From positions 1-42,157 of the forward strand of contig JBFGIA010000002.1 in assembly GCA_041577935.1 (NCBI GenBank): 42,157 bases of DNA. The letters run 5' to 3'. The notes under the pieces are model-generated. The model ran no database searches, was not told the origin of the DNA, and saw only the letters and a list, made by a program, of their open reading frames with translations. Shown here piece by piece: positions 1 to 7,404 of the stretch. A program made the translations under genes and the position numbers. Position 1 is the stretch's first letter. Every line of letters starts with the position of its first letter. The stretch is from Gemmatimonadota bacterium. Lineage in GTDB: Bacteria > Gemmatimonadota > Gemmatimonadetes > JACCXV01 > JAHWKZ01.

Positions 1-711
1 AGGCGGAGGTGGTGGTGGGGGAGGCGGTGGAGGCGGAGGCGGTGGTGGGGGAGGAGGAGGTCCACCGGATCCCGGTGATATGATCTGCACCGTGGCACTA
101 CCCTTATCGCTACCCGCCGTAGCGGTAACGGTGAAATCGCCAGTTTGTCCACCGGCCACGTAGAAGCCACTCGAGCTTATCGAACCGCCCGTAGCGCTCC
201 AGGCCAACCCGACGTTTAGGACCTTGCCTTTCTTATTCTTGACCGAGCCGTTGAACTGCAGAGCGTCGCCAGTGAAGAGCGTTACGACCTTCGGGGATAC
301 ATTTACGGTACGACCACCGCCGTCGCTATCGGTACTGTTCGTCGGCTCGCCATCGGGACTATCGTCAGCGGAGCTGCTGGACGAAACTTGGACCGAGGCC
401 GACGCCGCTATCGCGCTACTACCCCGTTGAGTCTGGGCAATCACCGAGTAACTGCCTGGGTTCTCGCCCGCGACGAACATACCGCTGGCGGAGATCGTTC
501 CTCCGGTGGCGATCCAGGTGACCTCTTCGCTCTGAAGCCGCAGTCCGCGTAAGTCCTGCAACACGGCCTCGAACTGGAGTTGATCGCCCATGTTGATCTC
601 TGCCCCATGCGGGATCAGTCGCATGGTCATTGCGTCGCCCGATAGGTCTGGGCCGCTGGGAGAACCGCCGCTGCAGGCGGCAACAAGTAAGGTCAACGTG
701 AGCGTTGTCAA
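1..711 (-). CDS. Lipoprotein with two Big_2-like bacterial Ig repeats followed by a polyproline tract; 3' end runs off the window
   Basis: Absent from the ORF track because no stop lies inside the window. Manual reverse translation from TTG (711-709) stays open down to nt 1. It reads MTTLTLTLLVAAC-SGGS (lipobox VAAC), then two Big_2-type patterns (VTWIATGGTISASGMFVAGENPGSYSVIAQ and LAWSATGGSISSSGFYVAGGQTGDFTVTAT), then 20 consecutive Pro codons at nt 60-1. Confidence 0.7.
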   Translation of the reverse strand, partial: MTTLTLTLLVAACSGGSPSGPDLSGDAMTMRLIPHGAEINMGDQLQFEAVLQDLRGLRLQSEEVTWIATGGTISASGMFVAGENPGSYSVIAQTQRGSSAIAASASVQVSSSSSADDSPDGEPTNSTDSDGGGRTVNVSPKVVTLFTGDALQFNGSVKNKKGKVLNVGLAWSATGGSISSSGFYVAGGQTGDFTVTATAGSDKGSATVQIISPGSGGPPPPPPPPPPPPPPPPPPPP

Positions 712-1142
712 TATCCGGAGAGGTAGACGTGAGATGTCACGCAGTCGGGAATCGAGTGCGGGCAAAATAGTCGGACCGAACAAGATGGGCATCGTGGGCT
801 CCCCTGGCTGTCTCGTTTTGGCGTCGCGATGCGAGTGGGTTTGCCAGCCGCAGCGTTTGTACCACCCCAAGCAGGGCTCCCAGAGTTGGTTTTGGCCGTC
901 TCGGGATAGGGGTCTGGCCCGATGCTGCTGGGCGGGTTATCGGTCCGGACTTTGGGGGATACTCCTGGGTGCAGGCGCGGTTGGAGGGGGAAATGGTGTT
1001 CCACTCTGACGGAACCCGTTTTCCCAACTAGGCCCAACCGAGCCCCGCGATCGGGGGGTCTGATTTCATCCACTACGTATCGAAGGGTCGCTAAGAACCG
1101 GGTTTTGCGGTCCCGCTCGCAGAGTGCAAATGATGGTTTCTT

Positions 1143-1294
1143 AAGGGTATCGGGGTGGAGCAGACAGTTGTAAGCCCAGGTTTCAGGCGATATCTTGAAT
1201 GATTAAAATCGCAATGCGTGGAAACGCAATGATAGGACTCGCTAAGACATGATCGCCTAGGTCACACCGCCCACCTGGGGCTTACCCGACCCTT
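1143..1294 (+). promoter_or_regulatory. 152-nt imperfect palindrome / rod-like leader immediately upstream of the tandem CDF genes (riboswitch-type leader or palindromic repeat element)
   Basis: Nested complementary arms read directly: AAGGGT 1143-1148 / ACCCTT 1289-1294; CGGG 1151-1154 / CCCG 1285-1288; TAAGCCCAGGT 1171-1181 / ACCTGGGGCTTA 1273-1284 (one bulged G); CAGGCGAT 1184-1191 / ATCGCCT 1252-1258. An apical hairpin TGCGT-GGAA-ACGCA sits at 1215-1228 in an AT-rich core. The 3' arm overlaps the TTG start (1293) of the CDF ORF. Confidence 0.4.
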
Positions 1295-2243
1295 GGAAAA
1301 CACTCGCGCCCAACAGTCTCGTCATGGCCAAAGCGGCGCGGCGCCGGACCGCACCACTGAGCGTCGGCGACTGAAATTGGTCCTGGTCCTTACGACGGCC
1401 TACATGGTGGCCGAGGTCGTCGGCGGGCTCTGGACCGGAAGCTTGGCGCTCCTGGCCGACGCCGGTCACATGCTTGTCGACGTAGCGGCTGTCGGCCTGG
1501 CGCTCTCTGCGATGTGGATCTCACGCCAGCCGCCCACTACGCGGCACACCTACGCCTTCGCTCGAGCCGAGATACTGGCCGCGCTGATCAACGGCCTTGC
1601 CCTCTGGGCGGTGGTGGCGTGGATTACGATCGAAGCCGTCCAGCGTTTTAGAGATCCAACCCCGGTTGCAGCCGGCACGATGATGCTGATCGCGCTCGGC
1701 GGGCTGATCGTGAACGGTATTGCGTTTGGAGTCCTCCACGGAGTGGGCGACCGTGAGCGCAGCCTCAACCTGCATGGTGCCCTGCTGCACGTAGTCGGAG
1801 ACCTGTTGGGCTCGGCGGGGGTCGTGTTAGCGGGAATCATCATCTGGGCCACCGGATGGGTGCAGGCCGATCCGGTGGTGAGCCTGGTTATCGGAGCCTT
1901 GATCCTCGTTTCCTCGTGGAGATTGGTTCGCGAAGCGGTCCATATTCTCCTGGAGGGTGTCCCTCGGGGTCTCGACGTGGAGGCTCTATTGGCCTCGTTG
2001 CAGACCCTCGACGGGGTGACCAGCGTTCATGACCTCCACGTGTGGACGATCACGTCTGGTTATCCGGCGCTCTCGGCGCATGTAGTTTGCGAGCACGGCG
2101 TCGATCGGGAGATGGTGCTGGCGCACGTAAACCGGATGCTCCGCGAACGATACGACATAGTCCACACCACGATTCAACTGGAGCCTGAGAGCCCACCGGA
2201 TCACGCGGAGCCGATGACGCACCCCGTGGCCACCCTGGAATGA
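1293..2243 (+). CDS. czcD: Cation diffusion facilitator exporter, CzcD/ZitB-type (His/Asp transport site)
   Basis: 316-aa ORF with six predicted TM helices. TM2 carries SLALLADAGHMLVD (HxxxD) and TM5 carries LHVVGDLLGS (HxxxD), followed by a C-terminal cytoplasmic domain (VHDLHVWTITSG). The start is TTG 1293, the only upstream candidate, with no obvious SD. TTG 1375 is an alternative. Confidence 0.85.
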   Translation: MENTRAQQSRHGQSGAAPDRTTERRRLKLVLVLTTAYMVAEVVGGLWTGSLALLADAGHMLVDVAAVGLALSAMWISRQPPTTRHTYAFARAEILAALINGLALWAVVAWITIEAVQRFRDPTPVAAGTMMLIALGGLIVNGIAFGVLHGVGDRERSLNLHGALLHVVGDLLGSAGVVLAGIIIWATGWVQADPVVSLVIGALILVSSWRLVREAVHILLEGVPRGLDVEALLASLQTLDGVTSVHDLHVWTITSGYPALSAHVVCEHGVDREMVLAHVNRMLRERYDIVHTTIQLEPESPPDHAEPMTHPVATLE

Positions 2244-3649
2244 AGAATCCCGATCACCGCGCGCGGGTAGCGACCCGGGTGGCGATCGCCGGTAATTCGC
2301 TTCTCTTCCTTGTCAAGGGGGCAGCTGGGCTGGCGAGCGGCTCGATTGCGTTGATCTCTGATGCCCTCAACTCGCTGGTTGACGTGGCCGCGTCCATTGG
2401 TATCTCATACTCGGTCGAGGTGGGCCGCCGGGGGCCCGATGAAGACCACCCCTTCGGACATCAACGAGCAGAACCGCTTGCCGCTCTTGGGGTCGCGATC
2501 TTCACCGGGATTCTCGGGTTCTCGGTAGGACGCGCGGCAGTTGAGCGGCTGATTGCCGGTGCGACTCAAATCCGAATGCCACTCTGGGCCTTAGGCGCGC
2601 TCCTGGTCTCGATGGTCGGCAACCTGCTGTTGGCGAAGTACCTACGTCGGCGCGGGGAAGCACTGGACAGCCCGGCTATCCTCGCCAACGCGGTCGAGTG
2701 CGAGAACGACATCGGAACGTCATTCGCGGCCTTGGTTGGCGTAGCCGGCTCAGCTCTTGGTTGGGCGCCTATAGACCCTTTGGCCGGGATCGTGGTTGGG
2801 GTCTGGATCGTCGTCGGTGGCTACCGGTTTGGGCGTCAAAACATCGATTACTTGATGGGTAAGAGCCCCACCCCGGAGCTGCTCGACCACGTCCGCCGAT
2901 CAGCGGGTGGCGTCCGCGGCGTAAAGGGCGTTCACGACGTGCGTGGGCACTACGTGGGTCATCGTATTCACGTCGAAGTCCATATCGAGGTCGATCAAGA
3001 GTTGCGAACGCGCCAATCTCACGACGTCGGAGGCATGGTTCGGCAAGCGATAGAGGAGCACAGCGCGATCGATCGCGCCTTTGTTCACGTCGATCCAGTG
3101 CTTGACTCCACGCTGATCGTCGATACACTCGCAGGAAACGAGTCGCTCGTCAGTGAGATCTACGCGCGGCTCGCAATTCTACAATCAGACCGCGCGGAGC
3201 TCGCAGGACTGTGGCGAGTTTTAGCGACCCGGGCTCAGGCGCGGGCAGAGAGACTACAGGTCGTGGGGAGACTAAAGAGCGCCGGTTTTCATTTTGACGA
3301 CAGCGACTTGTCCGTCAGTCGAGTACAGCAGCGCCGACGGGTGCTCGACCGTATTGTGCAAGCACTAACGGGAGTTGAGATCGGTCCCCGCGAGGCGGTC
3401 CGACTGGCGCTCGAGCTAGAAGACGGGCACGCTCATCGGTGTTACGCTGCAGCGGCGACTCCGCAAGATACGACGATGGCCGCCTCGCTCGACGCGGCAA
3501 CGCCCCCGGCCCCCTCTTTGCAGTTACTCCATGAGCGAATTCGCGCCGCCAAAGCCCGGTATCCTGGGGACCAGATTGGCGCCGATCTTGACCAACTTGG
3601 CGATCGCCTGTCGATTGAGTCGACAATACAAAATGAGGATGTAGTGTAA
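2240..3649 (+). CDS. Second cation diffusion facilitator, FieF/YiiP-like, with about 170-aa C-terminal extension
   Basis: 469-aa ORF whose ATG overlaps the upstream stop (ATGA at 2240-2243). It has an FieF-like TM2 (ALISDALNSLVDVAAS), DHPFGHQRAEPL, TM5 (NAVECENDIGTS) and a CTD (VHDVRGHYVGHRIHVEVHIEVD ... FVHVDP). About 170 further residues follow with no domain I recognise. Confidence 0.8.
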   Translation: MKNPDHRARVATRVAIAGNSLLFLVKGAAGLASGSIALISDALNSLVDVAASIGISYSVEVGRRGPDEDHPFGHQRAEPLAALGVAIFTGILGFSVGRAAVERLIAGATQIRMPLWALGALLVSMVGNLLLAKYLRRRGEALDSPAILANAVECENDIGTSFAALVGVAGSALGWAPIDPLAGIVVGVWIVVGGYRFGRQNIDYLMGKSPTPELLDHVRRSAGGVRGVKGVHDVRGHYVGHRIHVEVHIEVDQELRTRQSHDVGGMVRQAIEEHSAIDRAFVHVDPVLDSTLIVDTLAGNESLVSEIYARLAILQSDRAELAGLWRVLATRAQARAERLQVVGRLKSAGFHFDDSDLSVSRVQQRRRVLDRIVQALTGVEIGPREAVRLALELEDGHAHRCYAAAATPQDTTMAASLDAATPPAPSLQLLHERIRAAKARYPGDQIGADLDQLGDRLSIESTIQNEDVV

Positions 3650-3657
3650 GAGCAACG

Positions 3658-5088
3658 ATGATAGGCCCTGTCAGAACCCGCGCAACTGCTCTGTGGCCTG
3701 AGCCACCGACGATCGAGACACGACCGATCCCATGGTTCACGATGATCATGATGGCCGGCCTACTGTTTCTCGTCGGCCACACATTGGATACAACGGCTGC
3801 CGTGCCGGATTGGTCAGACAGTCTTCGCACAACTGCGGACTCGATTGCCGAGGGCTCTTGGCGGCGTCGATTCGGATTCCTGGTGATGGGGTTGTGGGGA
3901 GCGGTGATGATTTTCCTCGTGCAGCCGCGATACAATCTGCGGCTGAACGGTCTGCCCGCCTGGCTGATGTTGGGCTTCCTTATCTGGGCCGGCCTAACCA
4001 TTCTTTGGGCGGATGATCCTCCGCTCGCGACTCGTCGGTTCGTGACACTGTGCTTGGTTACGGTCGCGGTTGTCGGACTCCTCCGACAGTTCTCACTCCG
4101 TGATGTTGTGCTGTTCATCACTCTGTCGTCACTAGCCTATACATTGATCGGGGTGGCAGCTGAACTGGCGTACGGGGCTTTCCACCCACTCTCAGGCGAG
4201 TACCGATTCGCCGGGACTCAACACCCAAACCATCAAGGGATGAATCTGGCTAGGCTCGTATTGGGAGCGTTGTGTCTGTCGAAGATGAAAGTCACTGGAC
4301 GCCGACTGTTCCTTGCGGTTTTTGTCATAGGTCTTGTGTTTCTCATTCTGACGAGATCGCGCACCGCTTTTGGGGCTGCTCTGCTTGCGCTCGCGGTTTT
4401 CGCGGGCATCCGCGTGCCCCCGTTACGGTTGACCGTCGTGCTACTTGCAGCTGCAGCGGTTGGATTCTTGACCCTGTTCCTCATACAGAACCAGATGTTG
4501 TCAACACCGTGGGAACTAATCCTGATGGGACGGAAGGCAGCTACGGCAGGGACGCTGAGCGGTAGAACTGAGTTGTGGGAGTACTTGTGGACCTTTGTCG
4601 TGGAGCGCCCCGTGCAGGGGTATGGATATCACAGCTTCATGTCACCGAAGCGAGCGGGCGACATGCCGTCACTGCTGTCATGGGGAGTCAGTGAGTCCCA
4701 CTCCCTCTATTTTGAGATCGCACTTGGCACCGGGATCGTTGGCCTCGGTTTGTTTCTCGGGGCTGTCTTGGGTAGCCTCGCTCGCGCTTTGCGCTGGGCA
4801 GGTCGAAGCCGGAATCCGGCTCACGCTTTTCTTGCTGCATCCGTTGTTTTTGTTGTTGTCAATGGCGTCATGGCCGCGACGACGATGTTCCCGGACCCCA
4901 AGCTCCCGGCCCTCCTTGTTCTGGGCTACTTGGTGTTGCGCGATCCGGCACAAGAGACCGCCGAGATGGAACCCGCCCCCGATCGGCGCACGGGCCGTGT
5001 CGGAGTGCCAGTCTATGGGATGATGCGACCGGGGGTTCCTGGGCGCCCCGCCGGAATGGGCCCACCGCCTCTTCACCGGCCGCGTTAA
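3658..5088 (+). CDS. O-antigen ligase / Wzy_C-family polytopic membrane protein
   Basis: 476-aa ORF with many TM helices. The Wzy_C-like core reads LILTRSRTAFGAALLALAVFA ... GRTELWEYLW ... PVQGYGYHSF ... SESHSLYFEIALGTGIVG. The C-terminal tail is Pro/Gly-rich. An internal start (MIMMAG, about nt 3739) is possible. Confidence 0.65.
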   Translation: MIGPVRTRATALWPEPPTIETRPIPWFTMIMMAGLLFLVGHTLDTTAAVPDWSDSLRTTADSIAEGSWRRRFGFLVMGLWGAVMIFLVQPRYNLRLNGLPAWLMLGFLIWAGLTILWADDPPLATRRFVTLCLVTVAVVGLLRQFSLRDVVLFITLSSLAYTLIGVAAELAYGAFHPLSGEYRFAGTQHPNHQGMNLARLVLGALCLSKMKVTGRRLFLAVFVIGLVFLILTRSRTAFGAALLALAVFAGIRVPPLRLTVVLLAAAAVGFLTLFLIQNQMLSTPWELILMGRKAATAGTLSGRTELWEYLWTFVVERPVQGYGYHSFMSPKRAGDMPSLLSWGVSESHSLYFEIALGTGIVGLGLFLGAVLGSLARALRWAGRSRNPAHAFLAASVVFVVVNGVMAATTMFPDPKLPALLVLGYLVLRDPAQETAEMEPAPDRRTGRVGVPVYGMMRPGVPGRPAGMGPPPLHRPR

Positions 5089-5115
5089 GAGTCGCTCGGT
5101 GTTGCTAAAAGGGTG

Positions 5116-5145
5116 TTGACGGATGGGTCGGTCGCAGCCCATATT
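5116..5145 (+). promoter_or_regulatory. Candidate sigma70-type promoter for the MCO-ZIP genes
   Basis: TTGACG (5116-5121), 18-nt spacer, CATATT (5140-5145), lying in the 75-nt gap before ATG 5164. This would give a very short leader without an SD. Pattern match only. Confidence 0.3.
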
Positions 5146-5163
5146 TAGGCCAGACTAATTCTG

Positions 5164-6189
5164 ATGAACGACCGCGATCCCAACAGAACTGACCGTCGAC
5201 TGAGCCGAAGAACGGTGCTAAAGGGCGGTGCGCTGGCCGGGGCGGCTGCGCTTGGCGGCAACGCCTTGAGCAAGGCGGGCCAGCAGCTGCAACCGCGGGC
5301 CGAGGTGCCACATCTGCATGGCGCTGGCGGCACTGGACCATTTAAGGACATCCAGCCAGGCGGATTCGACCCGACGGCGTTTGCCACCGAGTTTGACAGG
5401 GGCCGGGTGTCGCAGCTGCCCAGCGGCCAGACCCTACGCGAGTACGACTTCGTGGCTATCGACAAGGAGATCGAGATCGCTCCCGGGGTGTGGTATCCGG
5501 CCTGGACCTACAACGGCCGCGTACCGGGCCCGACGATTCGGTGCACCGAGGGCGACCGCATCCGAGTGAACTTCCGCAACGGCGGCAGTCACCCGCATAC
5601 GATCCACTTTCACGGCTTCCATCCCGCCAACATGGACGGCGTGTTCGAGATCGTCGACCCTGGTCGACAATTTGTGTACGAGTTCGACGCCGAGCCCTTT
5701 GGGCTCCATTTGTATCACTGCCACACGACACCGCTGAAACGTCATATCCACAAGGGACTGTATGGCGCGTTCATCGTGGATCCAGCGGCCGGTCACGAGC
5801 CGGCCCGGGAGTACGTGATGGTGATGAACGGCTTCGACACCAACTTTGACGCCGAGAACGAGTTCTACGCCGTCAACACGGTGGCATTCCACTACATGCG
5901 CCATCCGTTGCCGGCCGTCGTGGGTGAGCGAATTCGGCTCTACGTGGTGAACCTGCTCGAGTTCGACTTGATCAACTCGCTGCACCTGCACGCCAACTTC
6001 TTTCATGTGTACCGTACGGGGACCACTCTCGAACCCGGTGAGTTCACCGACACGCTGATGTTCTGTCAGGGTGAGCGCCACGTGCTCGAGTTCGAGTTCA
6101 GACATCCCGGTCAATTCATGTTTCACGCCCACCAGAGCGAGTTCGCCGAGCTGGGCTGGATGGGGTTGTTCGATGTCACGGACGCGTAG
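5164..6189 (+). CDS. Tat-exported two-domain multicopper oxidase (T1 ligands in N-terminal domain, type-C arrangement)
   Basis: 341 aa with a twin-arginine signal (RRLSRRTVLKGGALAGAAALG). Domain 1 has HTIHFHG and LYHCHTTPLKRHIHKGL (HCH plus distal His and Leu). Domain 2 has SLHLHANFFH and FMFHAHQSEF. Together these give eight His for a trinuclear cluster plus a T1 Cys. Confidence 0.8.
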   Translation: MNDRDPNRTDRRLSRRTVLKGGALAGAAALGGNALSKAGQQLQPRAEVPHLHGAGGTGPFKDIQPGGFDPTAFATEFDRGRVSQLPSGQTLREYDFVAIDKEIEIAPGVWYPAWTYNGRVPGPTIRCTEGDRIRVNFRNGGSHPHTIHFHGFHPANMDGVFEIVDPGRQFVYEFDAEPFGLHLYHCHTTPLKRHIHKGLYGAFIVDPAAGHEPAREYVMVMNGFDTNFDAENEFYAVNTVAFHYMRHPLPAVVGERIRLYVVNLLEFDLINSLHLHANFFHVYRTGTTLEPGEFTDTLMFCQGERHVLEFEFRHPGQFMFHAHQSEFAELGWMGLFDVTDA

Positions 6190-7342
6190 CGCCGGTCTCA
6201 TCGGCGGCTCGGTGGTGATCGTGCTGCTGGTCGGCTTGCTGGCCTTTCTGCTGGGTCGAAACGTGGGGTTGGAACGCGCGGCGCCGCCGATCGAGGAGTT
6301 GACGATCCAGCGGATCGAGTTGCCGCAAGCCGGGCTTGTCCGGCTCAACCTCGTCAACGGTGGAGTCGACCCCGTTACGGTGAGCCAGCTCATGATCGAC
6401 GACGCGATCTGGGCGTTCGATATCAAGCCTGATGCGACGATCGGTCGGTTGGGCCGGGCGACGATCGAGATCCCGTACCCGTGGGTCGAGGGCGAAGCGC
6501 ACGAGATAGTGCTCGTATCGAGCACCGGGGTGACGTTCGACGCTGAGATCGCGGTTGCGATGCCGACGCCGCAAGCGACCGCCGGGTGGTTCTGGAGGTT
6601 GGGTCTGTTGGGGTTCTACATAGGCGTCGTTCCGGTGGCGCTGGGCCTGGCAACCTACCCGTTCCTGCGCGGGCTGGGTTCCCGCGGGATCAACTTCTTG
6701 CTGGCGCTGACGGTGGGCCTGTTGGTGTTCCTGGCGATCGATACGCTGACCGAGGCGCTCGAGCTGGCGTCCGAGGTTCCGGAGACCTTCGAGACTTCGA
6801 TCCTGGTGTGGATCGTGACGCTCGCCACCGTCTTTGGGCTGCTCGCCGTGACCGTTCGAAGGCGTGCCCGAAGTGGAACGTTGAGCCCGCTCGCGATCGC
6901 CACGCTGATCGCTTTTGGCATCGGGCTTCACAATCTCGGCGAGGGGCTCGCTGTTGGTGCGGCGCTGGCCACCGGCGCCGTCGGGCTGGGCACCTTTCTG
7001 GTGGTCGGGTTCACGCTTCACAACATCACCGAGGGCATCGGGATCGCGGCGCCATTGCTGCGTGGTGAGCCGCGGATTTCGCATTTCGGCGGCTTGGCGC
7101 TGCTGGCGGGCGGACCGGCGATCGTGGGTACGTGGATCGGCGGGCTCGTATTCAGCCCCTTCTGGGGAGCGCTGGCGCTGGCGGTGGGGACGGGCGCGAT
7201 CCTACAGGTCGTGTACGAGGTCGGTCGCCTCGTAACCCGCACCGAGACCGGCGGAGTCGGCCTCTGGCGTGGGGAGGTTCTGGCCGGTGCCGCGGTCGGG
7301 GTGCTCGTCATGTACGCTACCGCGCTGGTCGTCCCAGCCTAG
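6173..7342 (+). CDS. ZIP-family metal permease with N-terminal TM anchor plus extra periplasmic domain
   Basis: ATG 6173 is in frame with the track ORF 6071..7342 and overlaps the MCO stop (6187-6189) by 17 nt. The protein starts [28 protein letters not shown] (TM anchor), followed by a beta-rich soluble segment of about 130 aa. The ZIP core then follows, with signature motifs [14 protein letters not shown] and [13 protein letters not shown]. Confidence 0.8.
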   Translation: MSRTRSAGLIGGSVVIVLLVGLLAFLLGRNVGLERAAPPIEELTIQRIELPQAGLVRLNLVNGGVDPVTVSQLMIDDAIWAFDIKPDATIGRLGRATIEIPYPWVEGEAHEIVLVSSTGVTFDAEIAVAMPTPQATAGWFWRLGLLGFYIGVVPVALGLATYPFLRGLGSRGINFLLALTVGLLVFLAIDTLTEALELASEVPETFETSILVWIVTLATVFGLLAVTVRRRARSGTLSPLAIATLIAFGIGLHNLGEGLAVGAALATGAVGLGTFLVVGFTLHNITEGIGIAAPLLRGEPRISHFGGLALLAGGPAIVGTWIGGLVFSPFWGALALAVGTGAILQVVYEVGRLVTRTETGGVGLWRGEVLAGAAVGVLVMYATALVVPA

Positions 7343-7404
7343 AAAAAAACTCCGCAAACGAACATTTTGGGCTGCCGCAGCGTATCCCTATTGCAGGAGG
7401 GCGT

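Noticed and set aside
1-60. The (GGN)20 repeat at the window edge as a microsatellite, G-quadruplex or CRISPR-like repeat.
   Set aside because: It is the in-frame reverse complement of a polyproline tract continuous with the Big_2 lipoprotein ORF. No spacer/repeat periodicity is present.
712-1142. RNase P RNA, tmRNA, SRP RNA or a known riboswitch (TPP, B12, glycine, c-di-GMP) in the long non-coding gap.
   Set aside because: Only partial look-alikes exist. AAAGTCCGGAC on the minus strand resembles the P4 GGAAAGUCCGGGC, and GGGGCTC resembles a tmRNA 5' end. No matching 3' partner strand, T-arm, tag ORF or other conserved box is present. An Infernal scan is needed before naming anything.
5164-6189. 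Copper nitrite reductase (NirK) call for the 341-aa cupredoxin protein.
   Set aside because: The size and the HxxxxH / H-C spacing resemble NirK. However, the catalytic Asp position is His (HTIHFH), the Cys is flanked by His on both sides (HCH), and domain 2 supplies two more HxH pairs. That fits a trinuclear-cluster two-domain MCO rather than a T2 nitrite site.
5434-6525. Very long antisense ORFs opposite real genes: 5434..6525, 19450..20685, 33867..34931, 27582..28586, 13598..14440, 3315..4121, 6176..7084.
   Set aside because: These are typical shadow ORFs of GC3-rich coding DNA. Their translations are Arg/Pro/Gly/His-rich low-complexity sequences without motifs. The sense strand carries clear, motif-bearing proteins in every case.
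7132-7404. N-terminal extensions implied by the longest track ORFs: 7132, 6071, 9462, 16628, 24090, 28273, 32569, 35391, 37051, 38765 and 10745.
   Set aside because: The extensions overlap the 3' ends of upstream genes in another frame and are low-complexity. Downstream in-frame starts give family-typical N-termini, signal peptides or SD/overlap contexts.
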